Source of the DNA: Chiloscyllium plagiosum
Lineage: Eukaryota
Direction of reading: 5' to 3'
NCBI RefSeq assembly: GCF_004010195.1
Contig: NC_057718.1
Coordinates: 77,206,202 to 77,270,201 of the forward strand
DNA length: 64,000 nucleotides
Shown: positions 11,900 through 23,712 of the stretch, one piece after another
Position numbering within the stretch: the first letter of the stretch is position 1
Layout of the letters: every line of letters starts with the position of its first letter
The notes under the pieces: model-generated
The model's input: the letters and a program-made list of their open reading frames with translations, nothing else
Told to the model about the DNA's origin: nothing
Databases searched by the model: none
Position numbers and translations under genes: made by a program

Positions 11900-14800
11900 A
11901 TATGCTAAATCCTTGACAAAGTAAAAACAAGATATAGCCTTGACACGTTGCTTCCTACTAGAAGCAGGATCGGGTGCATAGTATACTCAGAACTAAGTGC
12001 TCAGGATTTGGACAGTGAAGAAGGTTTACATTATCTATTAACTTCTGCGGTCCAAGTTTATTTTTAAGAATGACCTATTAAATGTTTACAAGGCATGATC
12101 AGACTTTGATAAAGCAGGATGGATATTCTTTAGAAGAATATGTAGTGGCATTTAACAGACTATAAGCAAAGTTGCAAAATTTCTACTTGGAATATCGTAA
12201 TTCATGGCTTACCTTGGAATTGTTAGGCTGTGTTGGTGTCAAACATGAACCAATTCCTTATACTCACTGATTTTCAAATGTATCATGCTTTTGGAACAGA
12301 TGTCAGGAGCCTTCAAATATTCCTGGAGAAACATACATTGCCACTGGTTAAAGTAACATTCAACAATAACACAAAGAACAGAGGATTGAATGAAAGTGAT
12401 AATGTGAGATGTACAGTTACAGACTGGATGTGACAGGAGAATTAAAATAAACTGTAGCGAGGATAGAGGATACCTCTGGCAATTGTAACAAACCAATTGG
12501 AATTGGTGTACTAAATTGGAAACAGAAGAATGAAATCCAGGGATACCCAGTTTATGAATAAAAGGTATTTTAGATGTGAGTCAAAATAACATTATGCAGT
12601 GAATAGCACCATTTTTAAAATTATGCATGGAAGGATCAAAAGGAGAAGATGGTGGTATAGATCAGGCAGAAGAATTGGCACTAGATACAAGGAGCTTCTG
12701 TCAGGAACCAATGCTTTAGTTGCAGACTCATTCAGTTATCCTGTGTTGGACAGTGGATGCTCATATGCAATGTGTCAAATTTTATTTAGATTATTTAATT
12801 AGTAAGGGCCAAAGTAAGATGAAGGAATTTGAGAGTTCTACCTGCTCCAGGTTTGGGAATGACAGCATGCTGAAACATTGCCATTCCTTGTAACAGTGTG
12901 GATCACTTTATTAGCACTGATGTAATGTAATTGGAAATACCTCTGCTGAACAGACCATCTGTCAGTCAGCTGAAATGAAACTGGGCATCGCATATATAAA
13001 CCATTTTTTTAGGAAATCAGTGAATTTTCTGTTTACATAACCTGGACATTGTTATTGTCTTCCCTGAAGAAGATGTAACTTCTCCAAGCAAGATAATAAG
13101 CAATTGTTCCTGGTATCATGGGATAGGAATTTAAAGCAAATAAAAGGGCAAATTATATTAAAACTATATCATTTTAACTCAAAAGTTAAAAAATCTTACT
13201 AAAGGATGCAGGAATAAGGGTCAAGGAGTAAACTAAACTTAAAGAAGAGATCAGTGATAAATTTGGTAAATGGATATATGTAAGAGGACAGAATCACATT
13301 TCATTGTAAGTCTCCCATTAGCAAAAAGCTTTGATAAAGATGTAGCAATGAATTTGAAGGTACGGATTGAGGGATAAAAAAATCACTTTCATTTTGCACT
13401 TTGTGCATATGGCAAATGGATTTAGTCAGTTGACAATGATAAATATTGAAGGGAAATTAATAATGGTGGACAAAGTAATTGAGAAATAGATACAATGCTT
13501 CATAAAATCTTAGGGGATCAAGTTGGAAATTAACATCTTCCCTGACATAGACAGTCCCTGTAAAGGACTTGCTGGAAAAACTTGAGAGCCATAATCCATC
13601 TCAATTTTTTTTGTGGGAGAAATCCAAAAATTCCTTTTGTAATGAGTGATCATCCTCCAGCTTGGAAAGATATTATAATTATCTCCACTCTGAACACTAA
13701 AATGCATAAATGCAGAGTAGAAGGCATTTATTAAGGCTGACGTCTTGGAAAAGACTTGATAATTCAATAAAGCCATCAGAAATACATTTTAATTTAGAGA
13801 CACATTACAGAGAAAAAGGGCAGAAAGAATGGGAAGATCCTGGTAAAGTTATAAGTTGTGATGAAAAAATAGTATCCTTATAGCATGGCAATCAGATTTT
13901 TAAGGTGAATTCCTCGAGGTTAATTGACATTGATTACATATGTAGAAAGTTACAGAAAGTGATGAGACATCATGCATTTTTGTGTACACGTGTTAGATTG
14001 TTATGAGGACCAATTATGTCAGATTAGGGTGACAAAGGAAAGTTGGCACCAAAGCAAGATATATGCCAGAAAGGGCGAGTGAATGTAGAAATACCACCAT
14101 AATAGGGAGAACAGGGAAAGCCTCTGGCAAATACAAACATTGACTAAACATGCAAGATGAAGGATAGGAAATAAGGGCCATGGATCAGCAAAATTAGGTA
14201 AAGAGTGGAAGACCAGAAAATGTAGTATGAGTTCCGAAAGTGGACTGGACATAAACATGATTCCAGAAAAAGATTATAAACTTAAGAAAGGAATTCTAAT
14301 GATAAAAGATAGGAGGCCGAATAAAGACCAGGACTATGAAATATGCTGGAAACACCATGAGATGTCAATGGTGGTGACAATTAAACAACTCACTGGAGAA
14401 AGAAGTTCCACAAATAACCCTATACTCGATGGAAGAGACCAACATATAAATGCAAAAGATAAGGCTGAAGCATTCTCAACAATCTTCAGCTAGAAGTGTC
14501 AGGCAGTTGGTCCATCTCGGCCTCCTCCAGTAGCCTCCATCAATACAGATACCAGCCTTCAGCCCATTTGATTCACTCCATGTGATATCAAGAAATGGTT
14601 GAAGACACTGGATACTGTAAAAACTATTGACCCTGACAACATTCCAGCAATAGTACTGAAGACTTGTGCTCCAGAACTTGCTGCTCTCCCAGCCAAGCTG
14701 TTCCAGTTACAACACTGGCATCTACCCAACAACATGGAAAATTGCCCAGCCATGTCCTGTACACAAAAAGCAGAACAAATCCAACCTGGTGAATTACAGC

Positions 14801-17700
14801 CACACTCAGTCTACTCTTGATAATCAGTAAAGTGATGAAAGATGTCATCAACAGTGCTATCAAGCAACACCTGCTTTGCAATAACTTGTTTGAGTTCTGC
14901 CAGAACTACTCTACTCCTGACCTCATTACAGCCTTGGATCAAACATGGACAAAGTGGGTAAATTCCAGATCTGAGGTGAGAACACAACCCTTGACAACAA
15001 GGTCACATTCGATTGAGTGTTGTGTCAAGGAGCTCCAGCAAAAGTGGAATCAGGCGGCAAACTTTCCACTAGTTGGAGTCATATCTGACACAAAAGAAGA
15101 TAGTTGTGATTATTGGAGGTCAGTCATCTCAGCTCCGGGAGTGCTTCAGGGTATTGTCCTCAGCCCCACCATCTTCAGTTGCTTTATCAATAACCTTCCC
15201 TTCATCCTAAGGTCAGAAGTGGGGATGTCGGTGATAATTGCACAAGTTTCAGCAGCATCTGCTACTTCTCAGATACTGAAGAAGTCAATGTTCAAATGCA
15301 ACAACATATAGTCAAAATCCAGGCTGAGGCTAACAAGTGGCACATAACATTTGCACTACACAATAGCAGGGAAATGATCATCACCAATGAGGGACAATCT
15401 AATCATTGACATTCAATGGCATTACCAGCACTGAGTGCCCCACTGTCAACATCTTTGTGGTTATCCTTGACCAGAAACTTAACTGGAATCACCACATAAA
15501 TCACAGTGACTATAAGAGGAGGTCAGAGGCTAAGAATACTGCGGCAAGTAACTCGCCACCTGATTCCTCAAAGTCTGTCCACCACTACAGGCATCAGTCA
15601 GGAGTGTGATGAAATACTCCCCACTTGACTGGACAGGTGAGGCTCCAACAACACTCATGAAGCTTGACACCATCCAAGACAAAGCAGCCCACTCAATTGG
15701 CATCATATCACACGCATCCAATCCCTTCACCGCCGACGCTTAGTAACAACAGTTTGTATTATCTACATGATGTATGGCAGAAATTCACCAAAGATTCTTG
15801 AACAACACCTTCTACACCATGTCATTTCCATCTAGATGGACAATGGTCAGAGATACTTGGGAACATCACCTGCAATTCCCCTCCAAGCCACTCACCTCCT
15901 GACTTGGAAATATATCACTGTTCCATCGCTGTCACTGTCAAAATTCTGGAATGCTCTCCCTAATGTCATTATGGGTCAACCTACACCATGTAGACTGCAG
16001 CTATTCAAGAAAGCAGCTTACCGCCACCATATCAAGGGGAGTTAGCAACAGGCATAAATGCTGACCAGCCAGCAAGCTCACATACCATGAGTGAATGAAA
16101 AAAAAGAAGCCCCTCTGATTGATAAGTTTTAATGGTTACAAGCAGTTAAAGGATAACCTGATAAAGTTGCTAAACTAAAAGATTTGCAAAGGATCGAAAA
16201 TAATTAAGTGTAGATACTGATGTACCAGATAGAGAATAACCAGCCTTGTCATTCAGATGGTATGCAAAAAAAAAAGCTCTGTCTTGAATATGTAAGGAAA
16301 AAGCCAGACTAGTAGCTCAGGGTTTTGAAGAAAGACTCAGTGACCAAAATAAGCAAAAAGAAGAGGAGCTATGAAAATGTGTTTATGGATTGAATGATAG
16401 CGAGGGTGTGATATTTCTCTAAGGTATGTCTTGTACAAAGTAGACAGCATTCCCCTTAAAACAGACACATCAATGTCATTCTGATATCAAATAATTGGCA
16501 AGTTAGTTGGCAAGTATTGTTACTAGGCCCGTTGATGGTTTATGTGAGGATATTTGCAGAATTTGTGCAATGTGTGATAAAATAAAAAAGGAGTTTAAAA
16601 TTGGTCATCAAACTTTAGAGGCTTTAAATACAAGAATCAGATATTAAACAGAAGAAGTCAGGAATGACTTTGGCTGAACGATCTTACTTAGAAGAAGTCA
16701 ATCTCATTTCAATAAATAGGTCCATATCCACACAGAAATAATTTTTTATATATCCAAGATTGAAACAGACCAGTTAAGAAGTTTGATTGGTCATTTGAAC
16801 TCAGACATGATGCCACTTGTGAACTGTTGAAACTGAGTTTCATTTTAAAACATGTTATGATTAGGAGGTTCTGAGAGCAAATCAAGTATAAAAAGATTAA
16901 ATTCAGAGAAAAGTGCAGTCAAGTTTGAAGCTTTGGATCCAGAAGACTTCATTTGCCAATCTACCAGATGCAAATTACAGTACAGCAGTTTATCATCTTA
17001 GTAGGAAAGAAGAATAAATGTTATCCATTGATAGACAAGCCAAGGAAAATGAGGGTGCTTGAAAACACTTTAGCTGCCGAAACACTGGGGGGAATAGACG
17101 TTGGGGTGCATTTGTCTAATCTTCTGAAAAAAAGTCCTATTTAAGGTGCAATTTGAGAAAAGTTTGCTTGTAGCATTTGAGGTGGAGAATAATTTTCTTT
17201 GGGATAATGTTCATTGAACAAAGAACTTCACAGAAAAAGGTTGAGAATTTATCTTTCTACTGTGAACAGAAATGTTGGAAAGAAAATACTTTTCTAAAAT
17301 AAAATGAGTTGACACAGTCACCACTGTCAAATTGTTTTACAAAGAGAAATGTTTATCCTGATAAATTATTAAATGTCTTCAAAGAGTGACATCTTGATTT
17401 ATGATGAGAATATGGAATATTGTATTGTAACAATGTGGATAACAGTATTTTTCTTTAATTATTTTGCAATTAGTTATGATGTGTTTTGCTTTAATTAAGG
17501 GAATACGGAATCTGTGAATATATTGTTTATATTAGAAATGAGCAGCATGGAAAGAAAGAAAACATTACATTTCTTTGATTAGTTTTGAAAATATTGTTAT
17601 CGAAAGTTTGAATTTAAAGAAAAGAGAGAATCTCTCAGTATCTGATTGATCACATTAAGCTTGTTAATGTTTTGAATTAATATACTGGCGATTAGTTGTC
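11900..17700 (+). mobile_element. Highly degenerate Ty1/Copia LTR retrotransposon (GalEa-like), interrupted by a LINE
   Basis: Domain order gag (~11930-12250), protease VLDSGCS (~12743), integrase (GRNPKIP, ~13615), RT KARLVAQGFEE (16300-16332) and YGLND (~16384), RNase H NTLAAETL (~17064), purine tract ~17497. Integrase before RT is the Copia order. Ends are approximate. Confidence 0.75.
14345..16105 (+). mobile_element. 5'-truncated non-LTR retrotransposon (CR1/L2-group RT), degenerate
   Basis: PDNIPAIVLKTCAPELA, GVLQGIVLSPTIFSCFINNLP, VILDQKLNW; 3' end AATGAAAAAAAA at ~16094-16105; same family as 51695-52337. Confidence 0.8.
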
Positions 17701-18261
17701 AGGCCACGTACAAATAAGGAGTACCTGTAGCATGGTGGGGGCAGGGGATTGCAAAAGAAGATGTTTAGTTTTCTTTCTCACTGAATATCTTGGATCGAGA
17801 CTGACACCTATAACATGGGGCTCTCTGGCTGAGACTGACTAGGCAATATGCAAGCCTAGGGGCAGCTGTCCAGAACAGGGGTTTCACTTGTAAAACTAAA
17901 GGAAGACCCCCACAAACACCTCAGCTACTGACAATGAACACCAGTCTGCAGACCAAACAACCAAGACATTATGGAGCCTACAAAAATACAAAACTATTCA
18001 ACTTGTAATCAGTTTGCTCAGACACAGAGATATAGAATATTCCACACCATTGTACTACATGCAAACCTGTTTGCCTTTGAATGTGTGGCCTTCACATTAC
18101 AGTAAAACTTTAACCCACATCCATCCAAGAGAAATATTGGGCATTCAAAACTATCAGAAACCCATTCACTTTAATCGGAGAACCATTCACACCTCATCCA
18201 GTAATCAGGAGGCTCATTCAGCCCCAAGCGGAGGAACAACAGCTCAGTAATCAAATCCAGA

Positions 18262-18474
18262 CTGAGTTAAGAATCACACAACACCAGGTTATAGTCCAGC
18301 AGGTTTATTTGGAAGCATTAGCTTTTGAACCACTGCTTCTTCATCAGATTGACAAACACCTGATGAAGAAGCAGCGCTTCGAAAGCTAGTGCTTCCAACC
18401 AAACCTGCTGGACTATCATCTGGTGTTGTGTGATTCTTAGCTTAGTTCACCACAGTCCAACACCAGCTCCTCCA
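18262..18474. mobile_element. Fold-back Penelope-derived mini-element with 13-bp TSD
   Basis: Arms 18262-18347 and 18360-18446 are reverse complements; AATCAAATCCAGA is duplicated at 18249-18261 and 18475-18487. Confidence 0.85.
18357..18391 (+). ncRNA. Minimal type I hammerhead ribozyme, core intact
   Basis: cac-CTGATGA-A-GAAGC-agc-GCTTC-GAAA-GCTA-gtg: stem I CAC/GTG, stem II GAAGC/GCTTC, palindromic AGCT stem III (dimer-type), CUA cleavage triplet. Confidence 0.8.
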
Positions 18475-18778
18475 AATCAAATCCAGATTGAGAGGAGATA
18501 ACAGGGCACACAGTCTGTATAACTGCTATTGCTGCCCTTGGGGTGGGGGAGGGGAGGTGGGGGGGCGAAGAGAGAGGGGGCCTTTTTCCAACTTCAAGCT
18601 CCTGCAGAACAGTTTCCTCACAGGTTGTAGCCCTAACAAGCAGCTTTGGAACCAAGAACCACAGGGGCCAAACCAAGACATTGAATCAGGAAGACAAGCC
18701 AAAAGCATCATCACAACAAAGGTCATCAAAGAGGATATGAAGCCAACCAAGTATTATCTGAACAAGAGTTTCCAGATA

Positions 18779-18959
18779 CAGAATATGGTGCTGGAAAAGC
18801 ACAGCAGGTCGGGCAGCATCCAAGGAGCTGGAAAAATGACGTTTCAGGCAAAAGTCCCCGAAACGTCAATTTTCATGCTGCATGAATGCTGCCTGACCTT
18901 CTGAGTTTCCAGCAGGTGGTTGACTCAAGTCTCCAGCATCTGCAGTACTCACTTTTACC
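18779..18959. mobile_element. Second fold-back Penelope-derived mini-element with 9-bp TSD
   Basis: Inverted arms (GCTGGAAA..CAGGTCGGGCAGCAT..GACGTTTC / GAAACGTC..ATGCTGCCTGACC..TTTCCAGC); TTCCAGATA at 18770-18778 and 18960-18968; 3' CTCCAGCATCTGCAG tail as in the 47558 element. Confidence 0.75.
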
Positions 18960-19965
18960 TTCCAGATAAAGCCTGTTCCAAACCAAGAAAACCGATGGCA
19001 AGAACCTCAGCAACCTGGACACACTTTAAAACTCTGTTTTCCCCGGTGGTGAGTTGAAACTCCTGAGATCCCAGAGTTTCCAACCTAGCTAACAGGGAGG
19101 GGAAGGCAGGTGGCGATAGTGCAGGGACCCCAAGGGTAGGAAACCTGAAGAACATGTCTGGGATTAAAACTGCTGTTTAGCTTTGAATAGTGTTTTAACC
19201 TCTGTTTAATTTGATAGCGTATCTCATTACTGTCCTCTATATAATTGCATCAATTTCACTGTTTTATTGCATTTGCCTTTTTAAATTTATTGTATTATAC
19301 TTACCTTTTTGTACTTAAATAAATGCAGAGATTATTTTGCCCTGAAACACCTGTCTACTTCCTTCTTCATTTCACATTCTCTAAATGTCCAAAGTCTGAA
19401 CCAGGGATCTGGGGGTGATTTGAACTACTTAAAAATCAGCAAATTACTGATCACAAACCAGAAATCCTACACACCTGAGAACTGTTCCATGAGGTAGACC
19501 ACCCTCAGCCACTTGGTATTTTTATTTGAAGTGACCCATTTGAGGGCATGCCTACTTGGAGATAAAACAAACAACTGAGGATGCTGGAAAGTTGAAAAAA
19601 AACCTAAAGAAGCTCAGCATGTCTGACAGCATCCTTAATTGAATCGTGGAACAGGATTGGCCACCTCCAATAAAATTGCTGAGCAAGTTCTGAGCTAGCA
19701 GGTGCAAGTTCAGGGCCTCCATTTGATCTTGATGTTGGGATGTGGAAATCCATGGAAAAATTCAGCCTATCTTAGCCTTTCTCCCAGATTTAATTCAAAA
19801 TGAGTTGCCGCCTTGTTGTTGTAATTTCTCTGCAGATCTGCTATGCTCAGTTGTGTTCAGGTTTGTTTATTTCCATATTTTTGGCTGGAAAATATAACCA
19901 CTTCAATTTACTGAAACAAAATGTTCCCATGGTCAGTAGTTTGCAGAATTCTTAAACAGCATTGA

Positions 19966-20188
19966 TGTAGTGATTGTCACAAGGTTAGCCAGGTGGCCCT
20001 CATAGAATATGTGTTACCTGATTGGGGCTATTAATCTGGTCCACTCAAGGAGCCCTGACTGACAGGTAAGAATAGGACTGCCAGCTATCCTATTCATTCT
20101 GAAGGAGCTGGATCAGTGTCAAGGACTCTCCACATGTAAATAAAGGGTGACTTGGTGATAGGATACTGGCCGTTATGGAGTTATTTAA
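19966..20188 (+). mobile_element. Gypsy solo LTR with 5-bp TSD (ATTGA)
   Basis: Starts TGTAGTGATT, contains AATAAA, matches the LTRs of the 2508-5454 element; ATTGA at 19961-19965 and 20189-20193. Confidence 0.85.
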
Positions 20189-20379
20189 ATTGACAATTTA
20201 AATTTAATGATCTAAGTGATGTAGTCTTTTCAGAAAGTTTAATTTCTCCCCCATAACTCCTTCATGATATTTGTAGATATTATTCAATGCTCTTGAACCA
20301 CCTTTGATATCTTAGTCTATAAATTACTTCACGTGATTAATTATTTCCATTGGTTTTGAGATGACCAATTAAATAAAAT

Positions 20380-20650
20380 AATACTTGCATTTATAAACTG
20401 CTTTTCATGACCTCAGAGCATGTCAGAATGCTTTATACCTAATTCAGTCATGTTTTACAAACAGCAGTCTGATCACGATAGGACAATTTGATTTTAAGTA
20501 ATGTTAAAATGGGATAATGTTTGAAAAGGTCACAGTGAAGAAGTATGTTTTACAAATAATGCCATTGGTTATATCATAGCCCAGAGGGCAGACAGACCTC
20601 AGTTTAACAAACGCCAGTAGTTCCAACAGTGCAGTGCTTCTCAGTACTAT
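20380..20650 (-). mobile_element. Old SINE relic (Deu-domain/SacSINE1-like)
   Basis: ACTTGCATTTATA...TTTCATGACCTCAG...CCAACAGTGCAGTGCTTCTCAGTACT blocks recalled from the shark Deu-type SINE; similar to 23405-23712 and ~6560-6700. Confidence 0.5.
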
Positions 20651-21004
20651 ATTCTGTGTGCAATTTCTTGAAATGAAGAGGATAAAACCTATACTAGGCA
20701 TGTGCTCATCGCCACAAGTGCAATGGTTTACTGATAAGGCTGCCTGCACACAATAAATTGTAGATTCTTTGGACAACAACCAAACTACCAGAGTCTTCCC
20801 ATTTTTGGGAAATAAAGCTTTTCTAACATGCATTTCTTTGTTGACATGATATAGTGAAGCCAATAAAATTAAATGAATTTGCCCAAAAAGACTGAGTTGA
20901 ATGTTTGGAAGATTGGAAAAAGGTTTAGCCTGGGACACGACCAGCTTCTTAAACAGTTATATTACAGCTGGAGTATATGAATTTGTCACTTTGTTTATTG
21001 CTAG

Positions 21005-21167
21005 AAAAAGGATGGATCAGTTTGAACATGAGAAGATTGAAGAAATAGCTCGGTTAGATGAGTACAAGAAGGAGGAAATGAAGAAACTACAAAAAGCAAA
21101 GCAATTGTCTGCAAAACACTCAGCAACAAGAGCTATTTTTGATAAGAAAGAGAATGAAGAGATGGAG
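21005..21167 (+). CDS. CENPJ: CENPJ/CPAP (SAS-4)-like protein, internal coiled-coil exon (phase 2 to 0)
   Basis: ttgctag|A...GAG|gtaggt; encodes KRMDQFEHEKIEEIARLDEYKKEEMKKLQKAKQLSAKHSATRAIFDKKENEEME, resembling the CENPJ segment [31 protein letters not shown]. May be a paralog rather than the ortholog. Confidence 0.85.
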
Positions 21168-21777
21168 GTAGGTCAGGATCCTGGCAAAATACAAATAATT
21201 CTTCAGTCAATGCTAATGAAAATGAAAAAGGCTGGTTAGCTGAGTTGGCTAGGCGACTAGTATATGGATCAGATAACAGAATTGATCCTGATTTCAGCAG
21301 ATAGACTGCTTCTTCAGTCAGGCCATTGTATAAAACATGACAATTCTGCCATGATTCAGCAAATAATCACCAAGATCTTGCCTTTGAACAGAAGAAGAAG
21401 AAAAAGAAAAAGATATCAGAAACAAAAATTTGTGAAGTGTTGCAAAAAGGACATTGCCAAATTGGCATCTTGGTTCATACCCACATTTTTTTTGCTTCCA
21501 GTATTGAAAAATTAGACATCAGTTACTTATTGCCCAAGACTAATTTTTACTGTTCCCTTTCACTTACCTAGATAATCATTAATCATATGGAACCAAACAT
21601 ATCTAATTTTCATAATTAGAGACATATTGGGAACCAGGTCTTTCATATATATCTGGAATACACTTATTGATGAAAAACACTGACTATGGTAAACATTGTA
21701 ATGGATTGGTTGATGAAGTTGTTGAAATCTTGCAGCAAAAAAACAAATTGCGACTGATGTTTATGTCAGTTTACTCA

Positions 21778-22485
21778 TTTATGAAGGTGTAGAGGTGTAC
21801 TGTACCATCGAGAGAGTGGAAGCTGGCAGGACCTAGAAAGGCACAGAGTATGCTGAAAAAATTAAAAATGTATCATTTGGTTGAAACAAATAGCTGGAGC
21901 TGCATTACCATGGTACAAAACAAATTCAAATTTGGCCAAGTAGTTAAAATTATGCCCCAAGTACCAAAAAAATTCAATCAAATTTGAATTTTACTGATTT
22001 GGACGACATCAAACCAAAGAAATGATCCGATGTTTTTGGGACATTTTGAGCAGCAGAGAATAGCAAAGAGCAGCTAAGCAAGTACCAAGACTGCCAGCAG
22101 AATATCTCTCTGAAAGGTATCTATCCAGAACAAATCTGCGCAGCAGAATACTGAAGCCGACCTAGAGAAATCTACAAAGAAAGCTTAACATCCGAAGACG
22201 ACAACTGGTTTTGAAATTAATTTGCCATAAATTTAAGAGGGAATTTATTGGACCAGGATTGTAGAATAGGGGTTAAATATAGGTTTAAAAGAAAGGAGTT
22301 GTAAATAGTTGTTGTCTAATGTTCTTTTTTGGACTTAAAAGAAATAAATTGTTAATTTTTTTTCTTTACATAGAAGGATTTTTGTGGTTCTTGGTCACTC
22401 ATACTTTAACAGATTACGGAGCGTGGTGAGCTTTTCTGTGGGTCTGGTTCAAATTAACAGAGGGTTTTTACTCCATGTCGTAACA
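21778..22485 (+). mobile_element. Solo LTR
   Basis: Ends TGTCGTAACA; possible CTCA TSD (21774-21777 and 22486-22489); homologous to the - strand LTR at 61319-63990. Confidence 0.7.
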
Positions 22486-23066
22486 CTCAGCCAACTAATG
22501 TCCAGCTTTCTGGATCAAACGGCAGCCGTTTGAAACCCTACTTCAGGATTCAAAACTTGTATCTAGTACCCTAATAGATTAATACACTGAAAAACATATT
22601 TTCCGATATTTTGTTTAACTTACATGCTCAACATACAACGCTGTTTTTAACAATGCGACAGAGTATTTTACTTTCTGAGCAGTTTGGTTCTAGTTGACGT
22701 CTTTAAACAAATGCACTTCATTCTTATCAGGCTTGCTTTACTCACTGTAAGAACCATGTGCATTGTATGACATGCAGATATAGATATTGATATTTTCTGT
22801 TTTGCTGAAACTTTCTCAATTGCAGTTTAATATTGCATTGTTTGTACACCCTTGCATAAGTATAGTAATGAAAAGTGCCAATATAAATGCAATCCTTTTT
22901 TTAATGTCATTTCATGATGACCTATGTGCACCCTAAGTGTTTACATTGAATTTATATATGACCAAATTTAAGAATATGTGACATGTGGTTTAGTGTTTTG
23001 AAACTATTTATTTAGTGTTGTTTATTCATGATGACTGTTTTATCCCTTCCTCTCTAATCTTATTAG

Positions 23067-23270
23067 TTTTTGAAGCAGCAGCTTAGTCAGCTCCAGGAAG
23101 ACTTCAGAAAAAATGAATCAAAGTGGTCTCATGCCCACAAATGCCTACGAAATCAGATTGACACATTGACCAAGGAAAACATTGAACTACGTGATGAGTT
23201 GAAAGCCGTAGACTGTCATCGACAGGAACCTATGAAAAAGACTGAGATCAGCAAGAAATTTGAAACACCA
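23067..23270 (+). CDS. CENPJ: CENPJ/CPAP-like protein, coiled-coil exon (phase 0 to 0, 68 codons)
   Basis: Polypyrimidine tract and ttattag|TTT...CCA|gtatga; FLKQQLSQLQEDFRKNESKWSHAHKCLRNQIDTLTKENIELRDELK resembles CENPJ [40 protein letters not shown]; in frame with the previous exon. Confidence 0.88.
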
Positions 23271-23404
23271 GTATGAAATTTACTATTGTTCAATATTATT
23301 CACTGCGGAATTTTAATCAAAGCTACAGTTGTGGTTTAACGTTACAGTAATTAAGAAGTGTTCAACATAATGGATTTGCTTCATTTAAGATAAAAGTAGA
23401 TCCT

Positions 23405-23712
23405 CCATTATGTCAGACTTTCACAATGTCAGAACATCCCTAATGCTTTGCAACAATGAAATACCTCTAAGGTGCAACTAGTGTTCTAATATAGAAAACA
23501 CAGCAACTAACTTAGATACTGCAAGGTCCCACAAACAGCGACATGATAAGTAGTGATATAGTATATCATCATCTGTGTTAGGTATTGTTTGAATGCTAAA
23601 TATTGATCAAGATACAGCAGAGAACTCTCTTGCTACTCTTTGGGGATAATGCTAGAGATCTTTTATGTTCACCTGAGCAGGAAGATAAGGCCTCTGTTAA
23701 ACATTTCAACTG
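23405..23712 (-). mobile_element. Old SINE relic (Deu-domain/SacSINE1-like)
   Basis: TCCCACAAACAGC, TAAATATTG..AGATAC, GATCTTTTATGTTCACCTGAG blocks shared with the other relics and the recalled consensus. Confidence 0.55.

Noticed and set aside
20901..21239. 112-aa ORF as a standalone gene
   Set aside because: Only 21005-21167 is CENPJ-like and it is bounded by splice sites; the rest is intron read-through.
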